Origin: Octopus vulgaris
Lineage: Eukaryota
NCBI GenBank assembly: GCA_951406725.2
Contig: OX597821.1
Location: 69,502,001 to 69,566,000 of the forward strand
Length of the DNA: 64,000 bases
Direction of reading: 5' to 3'
Part shown: positions 28,757 to 42,911 of the stretch, piece by piece
How the letters are laid out: each line of letters opens with the position of its first letter
How positions within the stretch are numbered: position 1 is the first letter of the stretch
The notes under the pieces: generated by a model
What the model saw: the letters and a program-made list of their open reading frames with translations, nothing else
Database searches by the model: none
Told to the model about the DNA's origin: nothing
Program-made: the position numbers and the translations under genes

Positions 28757-29306
28757 TGTTTGTGTGTCTGTGTTTGTCTCCCACCATCGCTTGACAACCG
28801 ATGCTGGTGTGTTTACGTCACATATATTTATATATATATATACATACACATACTTACACACACACACAGACGTGTATATATATATATATATATACGCACA
28901 CACACACACATATTTCTATACACGAATGTAAGCAAGTATAAAATAAAAAATCATGTCTGCAAATCTGTATAACTGTATAGATATCTACACGTATGTGTAC
29001 ATGTACAGTTTCTACTTCCGCCAGATTTTCTCCTGAAAACATTGCCACAGCAATTGACACAAGCTCTTCGCGCCTCAGACAATCACAATGTCCGCCGTTT
29101 GTCTTCTGTTCTTCGCTTGTGTTTCATAGACGCCAGTTTGTTTTCCTTAAAACTTGTTTTTTCAACCGTTTTAGCTGTTATTAGTTTTTCTTTACACAAA
29201 ACAAACGGAAAACAAGATTTATCTTCCTTTCTTCCCCCCACCCTTGTTTCTGATATTGTTGATCTTGTTCCCGATTTCCTCCTTGCTACTGCTGCGGCTG
29301 TTGTTG

Positions 29307-29365
<59 letters not shown>

Positions 29366-30179
29366 TTCCTTGTGTTTATTCCCTTCTCATAATAGACTAT
29401 AGCGGTATCATACACAGATACACACAAACACAAAAATACACACACACACACACATATATACGTATGTACACGTGTATATGTGTGTGTGTGTGCATGTGTG
29501 TGCGCGCGTGCGCGCGTAAATATATGTGTCTCGTTGTCTTGTTAATCTGTGGGTATTTAGTATTCGCTTTTTATTTGATAATTGCCGGAAAAAGGCTGAA
29601 AAAAAAAGACGTCAACAAGGAAATAAGGAAGTCAACCTATGTAAAAAGAAAGAAGAAATGTATTAAAAGCAGCTGTTTACAAATTTTTTTCCGAAAGATC
29701 ATCGCTCTCTCCACTCTCTCTTCCTTTCTTTCGTCTCTCTCCACACACACACACACACACACACACATACATACATATACATATATACATATCTATATAT
29801 ACGCACACACATACACTAGCGTGTTACTCATTATATAATGAGTAATGTAAGTAATACTTATTCTAATTCTTTTCCACTTCGGGTAGTGTCAGGTAATGTC
29901 TCTGTTTTCAGAATTCGTCTATAAATGAAATGAGATACTAATTTTCGGAATATAAAGTTAATTAAAACAAATACCATTTTCGTACATTTTCATGAAATAT
30001 TTTATTATAATTTGAATACTAATTAATTACTGACGTAACATTTTGTGATACTAGCAACCTGTGTAGTGTGTACCACCCGGGGCAAATCACCTCCTAGTAC
30101 CCGATTTTGCCAGCCTGTATAACTGGCTTCAATATAATGTTTGGCCTTTTTGCATCTATCTTTCAATATAATGTCTAGC

Positions 30180-33100
30180 CTATTTGCATCTATCTTTCTG
30201 TCAGTTTGAATAGTAAAGTTCCAATTGAGTGAGATGTGATCATTTTCAAGCAGTTAAGGTGGTTTGTGTTCCCATCAGTTTTTTTTTTTTTATGGAGCAG
30301 GTCCAACTCCTTGCAGGTTACCCAGTAAATATACTGTGCTGCTCTATCGTGCCTTTTGAGATACCCTGTGGGAGCAAGAAGGCTGTACATGGAGACAATA
30401 TGTTCAATGGCTTCATATTGCTGTTTCCATATACGACGTGTTGGGCTGCTGCCATTCTTTAAGATGTTGGTGTGATAGCTTCTTGTAGGTAGGCATTGAT
30501 CTTAGTCTGCTATGATAAACCTTTCTGTATCTGATTTTAAGTCAAAAGTTACCAAACATTGATGGGTATGGAATTTGTCAACATCTGCGTTATTAGCTCT
30601 CTGGGTATTTGCCATTGAGAGATTTTACTTGCCATGCATCACAGAATATCTAAGACAGCAGTTTTATCAAGGCTTTTCATACATTTGGCTTTTTCTGTGC
30701 TTGTTTCCAGTACATCTAATTCTGGGACTTACTGTATTTGGAATTCACTTAGATATTTCCTAACCTATTTTGTTACTGACTATGCGGTTTTCTTGTTTTC
30801 CTGCTTTAAGACAAGTTTTAGCAGTCAGTCATTCGAATTTTTCAGAAAAGTGTTCAGGCCAATTGTGTCAATCTTCATTGTCAATTCAAGTTGTAAGAGT
30901 CCTCGTCTACCCTCTTTTCTTTGCAAGTAAAGCTGTTCTACATCTGCCTTAGGGTGGTGTATTATATTCACTGTCAAGTTTTGAAATAGTTCAGTAATTG
31001 ACCAGTTGATAATATTGAAACTGTAAATCACGAGCGGTATGGCTAAAGTATTGCTTCCTTTTTGTTTCTTGTGTTTAGCTCTGTCTTGAGTATTGCCCTT
31101 GCCCTTCGATAACATTCTTTTCTGATGTTTTCCTTCTCCATTGAATGTTTAATTCCGTTACCTTCGTATACCCCTAAGTATCTATAACCTTCCTCTGGTT
31201 TTTCAACTCCTTTATAACGTTCTCTTGGTCAAGTTTAAAGTTGACTTGACTTGACTTGACAGCTTTCACCCGGGGTGGGTTGAGCTGACTTCATTCATCC
31301 TCAATGCTGCATCTCTCACAAACGCCGACCAGGCCTGGTGATTTGAGGCTAACGATCGCGTGATCTCCAACTACTCCTTATTCCAGCGGCGAACGCCGTA
31401 GATATGGGGATCTAGGTTGGGTTAGAGATCAGCCTTGACTGTCATCAGCCAGGTGTTTCGTTGTCCACCACATCGCTTTCGCCAACCCTGAAAGGGAGCT
31501 AGGACAATTGCTTCGTAGATGAATTCTCCTGGTTGGCGACGGAGGGCATGACCCAGCCAACGCAGACGTCTCGTTAGGATGACTTGTCGGAGGGAGGTAA
31601 TTCTGCACTGGTGTCGCATCGAATTGTTGGAGACAAAGTGATGCTATCGGACACGAAGGATGCAGCGTAGACAGAGGTGATCGAAGGATTCTAGTCGCTT
31701 AATATCTTCCACCCTCATTGGCCATGACTCGCTGCCGTAGAGGAGAATCGTTCGCACTAGTGCTTGGTAGATCCGTACTTTGGTGGTGCGTCGGATCTCA
31801 GATCTTAACCAGAGTCGTGCACTGAGTCGGTTGAAGGCTTGGCGAGCGAGGTCGATTCGTGTTTTAATGTCAGCCTCACCTTGGCCTGTAGCTGTAATGA
31901 TGGCACCAAGGTATTTGAAACTCTCAACCTCTTCAAGAATATCACCATTGAGGTCAATGGGTGTTTTGTATGGTGGGGCAAAGCCGGCTGTGAGGATTTT
32001 GGTCTTCGAGGCATTGACTTTTATACTAATCTGCGATGCAACACGTTGGAGCTCGTTGATAGCAAACTGGACGTCAGCCAAGTATCGCAATGTCATCTGC
32101 GTAGTCTAGATTCTTGACGGAGAAGTTGTGACCAACAGTGATACCGGGGAACTCCCTTAATGCATTTGTGGTGATCCAGTCGATGGCGTAATTGAAAAGA
32201 GTTGGCGAAAGAACACATCCTTGCCGAACGCCAGACCGTATTTCGAAGGGTTCGACACTTCACCATACACGCGTACGCGGGATCTTGTTGAGTGGTAATA
32301 AGCTTTGATAAGATTGAGAAGTTTAGGTGGGATACCATCTGTCTGCATGACCTTCCAGAGGGTGTCATGATCGATGGAGTCGAATGCAGCAGTAAAATCA
32401 ACAAAGCAGATGACTGTTTTTTGCTGAAAGCACCAACGGTGTTCGAGGATTCGTCCTAGGGTGAAGATTTGATCGGTGCAGCCTCGATTTGGACGGAAAC
32501 CACACTGGTTTGGTCTTGTTCTAGAGTCACGTTCTGATTGGAATCGTCTCAGAAGAATAGATGCAAATATTTTGGCAGAAACGTCAATCAGACTGATGCC
32601 ACCGTAGTTGCTGCAGCCGCGTTTATCACCTTTCTTTAAGAAAAGTACCAGTGTTGCGTCGCTCCAGTCTTGGGGAAGCGTTTCCGTATCCCAAACCCGG
32701 GTGATAACTTGATGAATCGCGGGCCCCAGTATATTTGCACTATGCTTAAGGATCTCAACAGGAATGTTATCTTCGCCGGCAGCTTTGTTATTTTTGAGCT
32801 TTCTCAAAAAAAAAAAAAAGTTTAACGTTGGCGTTTCTGTCATTTTTCCTCTGATAAAGGTAACTTTTGCGTACTTGTCTCGCTCAGATTCCATCCTGAT
32901 GTCATCACTGAACAGTATTACAATTGTTAGTAACCCCTGTAGTTGCTGATCATTTAAAAAAAAAATACTTCAAATCATCCATATAGAAGAGAGGATTTAT
33001 AGTTTTGCTAAAAATCTTATAGACAGCTTTTGCTTCATCAAGCAATTTGGAAAGATGTATTAAGGCAAGACAAAAGACTAGTTATGACAGAGTCGCCCTG

Positions 33101-33240
33101 GAAAATTCCACATGAAATTCTTACATCTCCAGCATTCAACGATTCATTCTCACTATTGAAAGTCAGTGTAGTTTTCCATGATTTCATACTTACAGACAAG
33201 GAGTTTCGTAGAGTAGGCCTCCAGTTCGCGACCAGAGCTT
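30180..33240 (-). mobile_element. R4/Dong-like LINE, interrupted by an RTE insertion
   Basis: GIFQGD at ~33090-33110, KVTFIRGKMTE at ~32835-32870, NTLAIPLVIYSFNIINWS, and RHDRAAQYIYW; same family as 3300-4170. Confidence 0.8.
31240..32805 (-). mobile_element. 5'-truncated RTE-clade LINE
   Basis: KAAGEDNI, NYGGISL, QCGFRPNRGCTDQIF, FVDFTAAFDS, FKYLG, LLYGSESW, RRLRWLGH; 3' tail (GTCAA)n at 31240-31260; TSD aagtttaa(a/c)gttg. Confidence 0.92.
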
Positions 33241-33354
33241 GGCCCTGCGCTGCCAATATAATGCTCTCGGTCTCTTTTTTTTGGTGGGTGGGGTGGGGTT
33301 ACTTTCATCAAACAATCCCACCTATTTTTTCCAGCAACTTCCGTTGTGGCTACA

Positions 33355-33995
33355 TGGAATTGATTGTGTAGACCCTTCTTGCATAATTCTTCTTCATGCT
33401 CTTTTTGTACTTCTTCCTTTGTTTCCCCTTTTCGTCTGCTTTCAATACTCCCTCGTTCCTAACAGTCACTAGCAAGGTTTCCATACTTTGGCCCAGGTAT
33501 CTCATTAAGCTCCCGAGTTCGATACGTACACAGTCTTCCACACTTATCAGTCCTCTTCCGCCATTCACTCTCTTCATGTATCGGCGATCAATGTCTGCAC
33601 ATGGATGATGGGCTCCATGCATCGATAGGGGCTTTCTTGACTTCCTGTCCATAACATTTAGCTCCTCTTCTGTCCACTCCCAGGGTTCCATCGCCATACC
33701 AAGCTGCTGCGACTGCGTGCGAGTTTATTGCCGAAATTATGTTTCTGGCATTCAGCTTTGAAGCCAATATTTTTCTCACTCGCCACAGGTACTCTCTTTT
33801 TGTTTTTTCCTTCATGTTGTGTTGTTTGATTCCATCTGACTCGAGTATTCCCAGGTATTTATAGCTGGAGCGAAGTTGAATTACCTTCATCATTTCACCA
33901 CTTGGCAACCATACGCCTTCGGTCCTGGCAAGCTTTCCTCGCCTCGTTACCATCGTAGCACATTTTGAGAGTCCAAATTCCATCTTAATGTCATG
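33355..33995 (-). mobile_element. REL-type LINE fragment (RT thumb region)
   Basis: MEFGLSKCA, YKYLGILE, HPCADIDR, GGRGLISVEDC. Confidence 0.8.
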
Positions 33996-34004
33996 AATAT
34001 TCTT

Positions 34005-36930
34005 ATTGTTCAGTAGTTTTATTTTTATAGCGTGCTTTCACTTCACTACCGAGCGCAGCTCTGAGTGCTTTGGGTATGAGTTGTGATCTGTTGTGATGCT
34101 CTTATTGTTACTGTATTGAAAGTGTTCTGCGTAGGATGTGTGCAGTGCCTAGTAGTGCAATTTTCTGTATGTTATATGTGTTTGTAAGTCCTGGTGTTTT
34201 TGTTATGTATTTGTCTGAATATTTTTTTATCATACCTAATGCGCCTACTATGAAAGGAATTGTTTCTGTTTTTAGATTCTACATTCGAGTTACCTCTATT
34301 TCCAGGTCTTTGTATTTTGAAAGCTTCTCCGTTTCTTTTAGAGAAACGTTGTCATCTGCTGGTATTGATACATCAATTAGAAAGCATTTTTTCTTCATGA
34401 TCAGTGACAACTATATCTGGCCTATTGGCCTTAATTTCCCTATCTGTGTGTATTAGTATATCCCAAAGTATGGTTGCTTTCTCCTTTTCTGTGACCTTTT
34501 CTGGCGTGTGCCTATACCATCTTTTTTCTGTTGTTATTCCATAATGTTGGCATAGCTTCCAGTGTATGTAGGCCCCATCTCTGTCGTGTCTGTGAGTATA
34601 TTCTTTCTTAGCCAGGACTGGGCAGCCAGAAATGATATGATTTATTGTTTCGTGTCCATCTCCACATATTCTGCAGTTACTTGTTATGTTTCTTTTCATT
34701 AGATGTTTTTGGTAATATCTGGTGGGGAGGCTTTGGTCTTGTGCTGCAATTAAAAATCCCTCTGTTTCTGCTTTGAGTCCTGAGCTTCTCAACCATTGCT
34801 GGGATTTTTCTCTGTCTATTTTTGTTGCATTTAGTTTAGTCCAGTATTTGCCATGAAGGGGCTTTTCTTGCCATCGGTTTATCATGGTTCGTTGCTGTTC
34901 TAGTTTTAGTTTGGTTTTCATTTGTTTTATAGCTTTTGTTGTTTCTTCTTCTTCTTCTTCTTCTTCTTCTTCTTCTTCTTCTTCTTCTTCTTCTTCTTCT
35001 TCTTCTTCTTCTTCTTCTTCTTCTTCTTCTTCTTCTTCTTCTTCTTCTTCTTCTTCTTCTTCTTCTTCTTCTTCTTCTTCTTCTTCTTCTTCTTCTTCTT
35101 CTTCTTCTTCTTCTTCTTCTTCTTCTTCTTCTTCTTCATATTTGTTAGATAGTAAAATTTATTGTTTATATTTGTCAGTTTCCTTAAATACGGAGAAGAG
35201 TTTTTTGTTTTGCTCGTGTTTTGCGGCTATTTGTGTCAGTTTTTATTACTTCTGAAGTAGATATTTTTGCAGTCCTATGGTGGTTATTTCATAATAGTTT
35301 TCCAGCTGTATAAGTCCTCTACCACCTTCTATATGTTGTATATATAGCCTTTCTATGTTAGATTTTGGGTGTTGCATCCTTGATCCTGTCATTATTTTTC
35401 TTGTTTTCATGTCTATTTTGGTTAGTTCATTTAGTGTCCAGTTAAGGATATTGTAGCTGTAACTTATAACTGGGACAGCTAAAGTGTTGATACCTATTAT
35501 CTTGTTTTTAGCATTGAGCTCTGTTTTTAGTATTGATCTAACTCGTCTATAGTATTCCTTCTTTATTTTCTCTTTCACTTTTTGTGTTGTATCATATCTA
35601 GTCCATGGATTCCTAAATATTTGTATGTCTGGCTTTGGTCTAATTCTCTTATTTCATTGGCGTTATCTAGCGTGATGTTACTACTCTTAACTAGTTTTCC
35701 TCTTTTCAGGTTTGCTTTGGCGCATTTTTCTAATCCAAATTTCATACCTATATCTTTGGTAAATCCATATACAGTCTGAGTGGTGTTTCCAGCTGTTTAT
35801 CATTTGTAGCATATAGTTTTGGGTCATCCATATATAAAAGGTGGCTGATTGTCTTGCCGTAACATTGTATCTGCATCCAGCTCTATTTAGCATATCAGAT
35901 AGAGGTGCCAGTGGGATATTCCTCTTCTAATGGGGATGGCTTTGGTTTTCACAAGTCCCTCTTTTGTTTGGAGCTGTAGCACTGTCTGCCATTTATTCAT
36001 AGAGTGTCCTATGTATTTTATAATTGTTGTTGCTACCTTGTTAATGGCTATTATTTCGAGGACTCACGTGTGGGTAATGCTATCAAACGCCTTTCGGTAG
36101 TCGATCCAGGCCATACTGAGGCCTTTCTTCTTTCTGCGGCTGTCTCCAGTTATGGCTTTATTGATCATTAGTTGATCTTTACAACTATATGAGCCCTTGC
36201 AGCCGCCCTTCTGCTCTTCTGGAAACAGGTTGTTTTCTTCCAGATGCTTGCTCAATCTTTGCGATATCACTGTAGTAAAGGCTTTGTACATTGTAGGGAG
36301 ACAGGTTATAGGTGTGTAGTGTTGTGGTTTTGCCGTTTCATTGGATTTGGGAATTAATATAGTTTTCCCTTTCGTGAGCCATTCATGCATTTTCTCTGGC
36401 TCTGCTAGTAAGTCGTTAAAGTTTTCAGCCAGTTTTTTGTGTATTCCTGTCAGATATTTTAACCAGAAGTTGGGGATCATGTCGTGCCCAGGTGCCTTCC
36501 AGTTGCTTAGTCTTTACAATGCCTGGGTGACCTCTTCAGTTGTTATGGGGGTCCAAAGTTGCTCAGATGCTAAGTTCGTTGTTTTAATAGTCCTTTTCTG
36601 AGATTGTTCATTCGCCGACCATATTTCTTTCCAAAATTCTTCCACTTCTTCTGCTGTTGGTGCTGCAGTGGTGTCTGTTTTATTTTTGCCAAGTTCTTGG
36701 TAGAATTTTTGTGGATTGGAGTTGAACTGTTTTGTTCAAAGAAACGTTGGCGTTTCTCATTTCGGCGGATCATTTGTGCTTTGGCAAGGATATCTTGCTT
36801 TAGCTTTTCTTTTATCTCAGGTAAATCTGTTTCTGTAATGTGGTATTTGCACAGTATTTTTGTTTGCCTCTTGTTACTTAGTAGAGTTGATTGTTTACTA
36901 ATTGCTTTAAGAATCGACAGATCTTTTCTC
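34005..36930 (-). mobile_element. Dong/R4-like LINE copy 1 (5'-truncated, 3' end intact)
   Basis: WKAPGHD, YTPITCLPT, WIDYRKAFDS, YMDD, GGRGL, CRICG, RHD, RPDIVV; 5' junction at (TAA)n; (GAA)n expansion at 34943-35137. Confidence 0.92.
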
Positions 36931-36948
36931 TTATTATTATTATTATTA

Positions 36949-37039
<91 letters not shown>

Positions 37040-37046
<7 letters not shown>

Positions 37047-38700
37047 TAGTTTTATTTTTATAGCGTGCTTTCACTTCACTACCGAGCGCAGCTCTGTGTG
37101 CCTTGGGTATGTGCTGTGATTTGTTGTGATGCTCTGATGGTTATTGTATGGAAAGTGTTCTGCGTAGGATGTGTGCAGTGCCTAGTAGTGCAATTTTCTG
37201 TATGTTATATGTGTTTGTAAGTCCTGGTGTTTTTGTTATGTATTTGTCTGAATATTTATTTATCATGCCTAATGCACCTACTATGATAGGAATTGTTTCT
37301 GTTTTTAGATTCCACATTCTAGTTACCTCTATTTCCAGGTCTTTGTATTTTGAGAGTTTCTCCATTTCTTTTAGAGACACGTTGTCATCAGCCGGTATTG
37401 ATACATCAATTAGAAAGCATTTTTTTCTTCATGATCTCTGACAACTATATCTGGTCTGTTGGCCTTAATTTCTCTATCTGTGTGTATCGGCATGTCCCAG
37501 AGTATGGTTGCTTTCTCGTTTTCTGTGACCTTTTCTGGTGTGTGCCTATACCATCTTTTTTCTGTCGTTATTCCATAATGTTGGCGTAGCTTCCAATGTA
37601 TGTAGGTTCCAACTCTGTCATGTCTGTGAATATATTCCTTCTTAGCCAGGACTGGGCAGCTAGAGATAATATGATTTATTGTTTCTTGTCCATCTCCACA
37701 TATTCTGCAGTTACTTGTAATATTTCTTTTCATTACATGTTTTTGGTAATTTCTGGTAGGGAGGCTTTGGTCTTGTGCTGCAATTAAAAATCTCTCTGTT
37801 TCTGCTTTGAGTCCTGAGCTTCTCAACCATTGCTGGGATTTTTCTTTGTCTATTTCTTTTGCGTTTAGTTTAGTCCAGTATTTACCATGAAGGGGCTTTT
37901 CTTGCCATCGTGTTATCATGGTTCGTTGCTGTTCTATTTTTAGTTTGGATTTCATTTGTTTTATAGCTTTTGTTGTTTCTTCATCTTCTTCTTCTTCTTC
38001 TTCATGTTTATTAGGTGGTATGATTTCTTGTTTGTATTTGTCAGCTTCCTTAAATACTGAGAACAGTTTTTTGTTTTGCTCGTGTTTTGCCGCTATCTGG
38101 ATCAGTTTTCCTTCTTTCTGAAGTAGATATTTTTGCAGTCCTATGGTGGTTATTTTATAGTAGTTTTCCAGCTGTATAAGGCCTCTACCACCTTCTATAC
38201 GTTGTATATATAGTCTTTCTATGTCAGATTTTGGGTGATGCATCCTAGATCCTGTCATTATTTTTCTTGTTTTCCTATCTATTTTGGTCAGTTCATTTCG
38301 TGTCCAGTTAAGGATATTGTAGCTGTAACTTATAACTGGGACAGCTAAAGTGTTGATACTATTATCTTGTTTTTAGCATTGAGCTCTGTGTTTAGTATTG
38401 ATCTAACTCGTCTATAATATTCTTTTTTTATTTTCTCTTTCATTTGTGTGTGTTGTGTCTTATCTAGTTCATGGATTCCTAAGTATTTGTAAGTTTGGCT
38501 TTGGTCTAATTCTTTTATTTCATTGGTTTTATCTAGTATGATGTTGTTGCTCTTAACTAGTTTTCCTCATTTCATGGTTACTTTTGCGCATTTTTCTAAT
38601 CCAAATTTCATATCTATTTCTTTGGTAAATCCATGAACTGTCTTTAATAGTGTTTCCAGCTGTTTGTCATTTGCAGCGTATAGTTTTAGGTCATCCATAT
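37040..38700 (-). mobile_element. Dong/R4-like LINE copy 2 (5'-truncated, 3' end intact) embedded in (TAA)n
   Basis: 282-aa ORF with CCHC knuckle, RHD and RPDIVV; QKIALLGTAHILRRTL C-terminus; (TAA)n on both sides. Confidence 0.92.
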
Positions 38701-38701
38701 A

Positions 38702-38795
<94 letters not shown>

Positions 38796-39039
38796 ATTAT
38801 TATTAATATTTAAATTTTATTTCCATTTCTCGACAAGTGTCTTCTCGACACCTAGAGCAAAGGAACTCACTGTATATATTAATAGGCCATTAAAATAAAT
38901 ACGCTAAATTGTCCATTTACAAAATCAAGTTATGTGATAGAAAAAAAGGAAGAAAGAAAGAAAAAGAACAGAAGAAACATTAGAAAATAGGAAAAAATGA
39001 AGAAAGGAAACAGAAAATAAATGGGAAAAAGGAATGAAG

Positions 39040-40690
39040 ATTCACATCGACAATGCTCTCCTCAACACGTATGCCATACCAATTAAGACAATATTTTGCA
39101 TTTTCTCCATAGATGGTTAGCCAGTATCATTCTCAAATAATTTTTAGTTTCTTTTTTTATCATTCCAAGTGCTTCTACAATCACTGGTATTGTAACCGTC
39201 TTGAGATGCCACATTTTTTCAATTTCAGTCAGCAAATCTTTATATTATCTGAGCTTATCTAATTCTGTTGCTGCGATATTATGATCACAAGATATGCTCA
39301 TGTCAATCAATAAACAGACTTTATTGTTTTAGTCTCCCACAACAATATCTGGTTTATTAGCTTTGATGGTTCTGTCTGTGTGTACTGGGAAGTCCCAAAA
39401 CAATCGTTACATTTTCTCCTCCAGTTACAACCTCAAGGAGGTGCTTATACCATTTGTCAGTAGTTTTGATTTTAAAATGCCAACATATTAACCAGTGCAG
39501 ATATCGGTCAACTCTGTCATATCTTGATTTATACTCTACGCATGCTAAAATTTTACACCCAGAGATTAGGTGGACCATTGTTTCAATCTCATCGTTGCAT
39601 TATCAGCACTTTGGGTCTACTTCATCTTTCATTGGCTTGATAATTCCGTGTCATTAAGCTCTCATAAGGCCTTTGCTCTCTGCCTTTAGCCTTAAGCTCC
39701 GCAGTCAGTGATGGGTGTGCTTCTGCTCTACATCAGTTTGCTTGCTACGAGCCACCTATTTGTTCCCACCTATCAATCAATTGTTCAAACACATCAATTG
39801 ATTTCACCTTCTTTGCAACAGTTGTCACACTTCCCTCATGCTGTTCAACCTGGGTATTATGCAAGGGCCTCACTAGCAAATCTTTTGCTCTCCTTCATGA
39901 GAGAAAAAAGCTTCTTACGCCTCTCGTGGTTTTCCAGTCGTTAGATGTTTCAAGATATTTGGCCAGTCCATTTGTGGTGGTTTTATGAGAAATTTCAAAT
40001 TGGATCAAGCCTCGACCACCTTGGGCTCTAAGAAGGTAATGTTATTGTTGTGGTTCAAGTTATTGTTGCTTTGTTACAAGATTCTCCCAGAGACCTCAAG
40101 TAACTGCAAGTTGTGCGTTTTGTTAGAAGTGTTATTTATGATTGGCATTGATATATTGTACGGTAAAGAAACAAAAATCTGAGAACTAAGATTCTGCTAA
40201 ATTTGTAATATTTCAGTTTTGAAAGAGTTTTCAGAGAATCAGATATTTTCAAGTTGACAATGACTTTCTTAGCATAGGAATAATCTTTTACAGTTCTGAA
40301 GCCTTGGCGTTTACTGGTATTTGGACACGCGTCGTTTGATTTTGTCCCCAAAGCTCTGATGACCACAGGTACAGTTGTTGTTCTTAAATGTCATATTTTT
40401 AAAACATCTATTTCAAACTCCTTACATTTATTTAACTCCTCAAACGTTTTTACAGAAGTGTTGCAGTCTGCTGGGATTGACATATCTATGAGCAGAGATG
40501 TTTTGTCAATGTGATTTTTTACCACGATATCTGCTCTTCTGGCCTGTAAAGCACAATCAGTTTCGTAGTAAAATCCATAAGAACGGTGATATCTTTATTT
40601 TACTACTACTTAGACAGGCTTATGTTCCTACAAGCTCTTCTCGTATGGGAGTACTCTCGTATGGCATTTAATCCAATACAAATACTGGTC
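39040..40690 (-). mobile_element. Two decayed REL-type LINE 3' fragments
   Basis: HLISGC...RYDRV...DKWYKH (39357-39578); second endonuclease fragment at ~40280-40680 with UTR-like sequence at 40030-40200. Confidence 0.65.
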
Positions 40691-41290
40691 AAGTCCATCA
40701 TGGCTTGTGAATGAATTTGGTAGATGGAAACTGTGTGGCAGCCTGTTGTGTGTGTTAATATTTCCCGCAGGTATAGTGAGATTAATGACCTGCTGTAGAG
40801 TTCAATATACGTATAATCCAGATAAATATCAGTATAGAAAGCAAAGAGAAGACACCAGAAAATCCGTGTTTTTTACCACGGTTTGACAACTGATTTTAGA
40901 TCACTTACGTCCCAATAACTAAGTGGTTCGGCAAAAGTTATCGATCGAATAAGTATCAGATTTTAAAAATTATAAGTAATGGGGGAGATTTGTTTGATTG
41001 AAACCCTTCAAGGCAGTGCCCCAGCATGGCCAAAATCCAATAACTGAAGATCAAAGAAAAAGTGATATTTTCCCCCTTCTTTCTGGTCTAGTGTAACTAG
41101 GACTACATGTTCTAATGAGTTCTTCCATCTTTATTTTTAAAACTTTAAAACGCAGGTTCAAATACTGACATTCCAGTCACTGACGGTCCAGAACCTCTTA
41201 TAATCCACAGATTTCATACTAATGTGCCGCTACTTTTATTTCATTTAATTCTTTAAGTAAATTTAATATTTCTTTAATTAACAGTATGAT

Positions 41291-41700
41291 AGGCGTAGGA
41301 GTGGCTGTGTGGTAAGTAGCTTGCTAACCAACCACATGGTTCCGGGTTCAGTCCCACTGCGTGGCATCTTGGGCAAGTGTATTCTGCTATAGCCCCGGGC
41401 CGACTAAAGCCTTGTGAGTGGATTTGGTAGACGGAAACTGAAAAAGCCCGTCGTATATATGTATATATATGTATATGTATGTGTCTGTGTTTGTGTGTCT
41501 GTGTTTGTACCCCTAGCATTGCTTGACAACCGATGCTGGTGTGTTTACGTCCCCGTAACTTAGCGGTTCGGCAAAAGAGACCGATAAAATAAGTACTGGG
41601 CTTATAAAGAATAAGTCCCGGGGTCGAGTTGCTCGACTAAAGGCGGTGCTCCAGCATGACCGCAGTCAAATGACTGAAACAAGTAAAAGAGTAAAAGAGT
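41291..41700 (+). mobile_element. SINE family A, full length
   Basis: Near-identical to 23254-23686. Confidence 0.92.
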
Positions 41701-42273
41701 ATGTCCAAGATGACCATCCCTGGTTAGGAAAGAACCAATAATCCGAAAAGGCTTTGGAACTAAATGTTCCGGGAAATCGATGTTGTACTTGAATAATTCA
41801 ATGGAGATTTGGCTGCTCTTTCTTGCTGATCGATAACCACATCCGTACGTAGTCTTATTATTAATTAATACCACTGACTGTCGCTAATGATGATTATTTT
41901 CTACAGCAGTAGAGGCAGCGACGGCGGCGTCGGCATCTACGATGCTGATGTTGGTTGGTAATAATGATGTTCGTCGAATTGTTATTCTTGTGCGAGAGAA
42001 AAACAGCAACAGCGGTAGCGGTGGTTGTGGGGGGGGGTGATGATGATGATGATGATGATGATGATGGTGGTGTTGATGGAGGTCAGCGTTTAAACTGGTG
42101 GTGTTGGTGATGGTGGCGACACTGGAGTTGGTGTTGGCAATGGGAGTGGTGATCTTAAAACACGACCAGAGTCTATGAGCCAGAAAGAAAAACAGGGGAG
42201 TCCCGTTAGATGGTTTTTCCATTTCTGCTGGACTCATTTCCGGGGGTCTGCTTCGTTAATTTGTTTCATGAAG

Positions 42274-42344
<71 letters not shown>

Positions 42345-42670
42345 CGTGCGTGTGTGTGTGTGTGTGTGTATGTGTGATTGTGTGTGTGTATGTGTGTGTG
42401 TGTGCTTGTGTGTGCGTATGTGTGATTGTGTGTTTGAGGGTGTATGTTTGTGTGTGTTGGTATGCGAATATGTGTGTGTGTTATGTATATATGTACTTGT
42501 GTATATATGTATGTACGTTTGAATGTATGTATGTATTTATGTACGAATGTATGTATGTATCTATCTACACATATATGCGTATAAGTCTGTCTATCAATCT
42601 CTATTCTCTCTCGATCTCTCTTTTCTCTCTCCCTCTCTTCTCCTCACTCTCTTTCCCCTCACCCTCTCCA

Positions 42671-42717
<47 letters not shown>

Positions 42718-42768
42718 ACACATACACACTCAGAATCATACATGTATTTTTGTGCCTGCATGCGTATT

Positions 42769-42911
<143 letters not shown>

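Noticed and set aside
29083-29451. 122-aa minus-strand ORF in partly unique sequence
   Set aside because: Starts in (TG)n, includes poly-Ile from (AAT)n, and shows no domain or splice support.
29824-29845. Short perfect palindromes (ttactcattatataatgagtaa; also tcgtttagctaaacga near 8078)
   Set aside because: Short and AT-rich with no supporting context; may arise by chance or local template switching.
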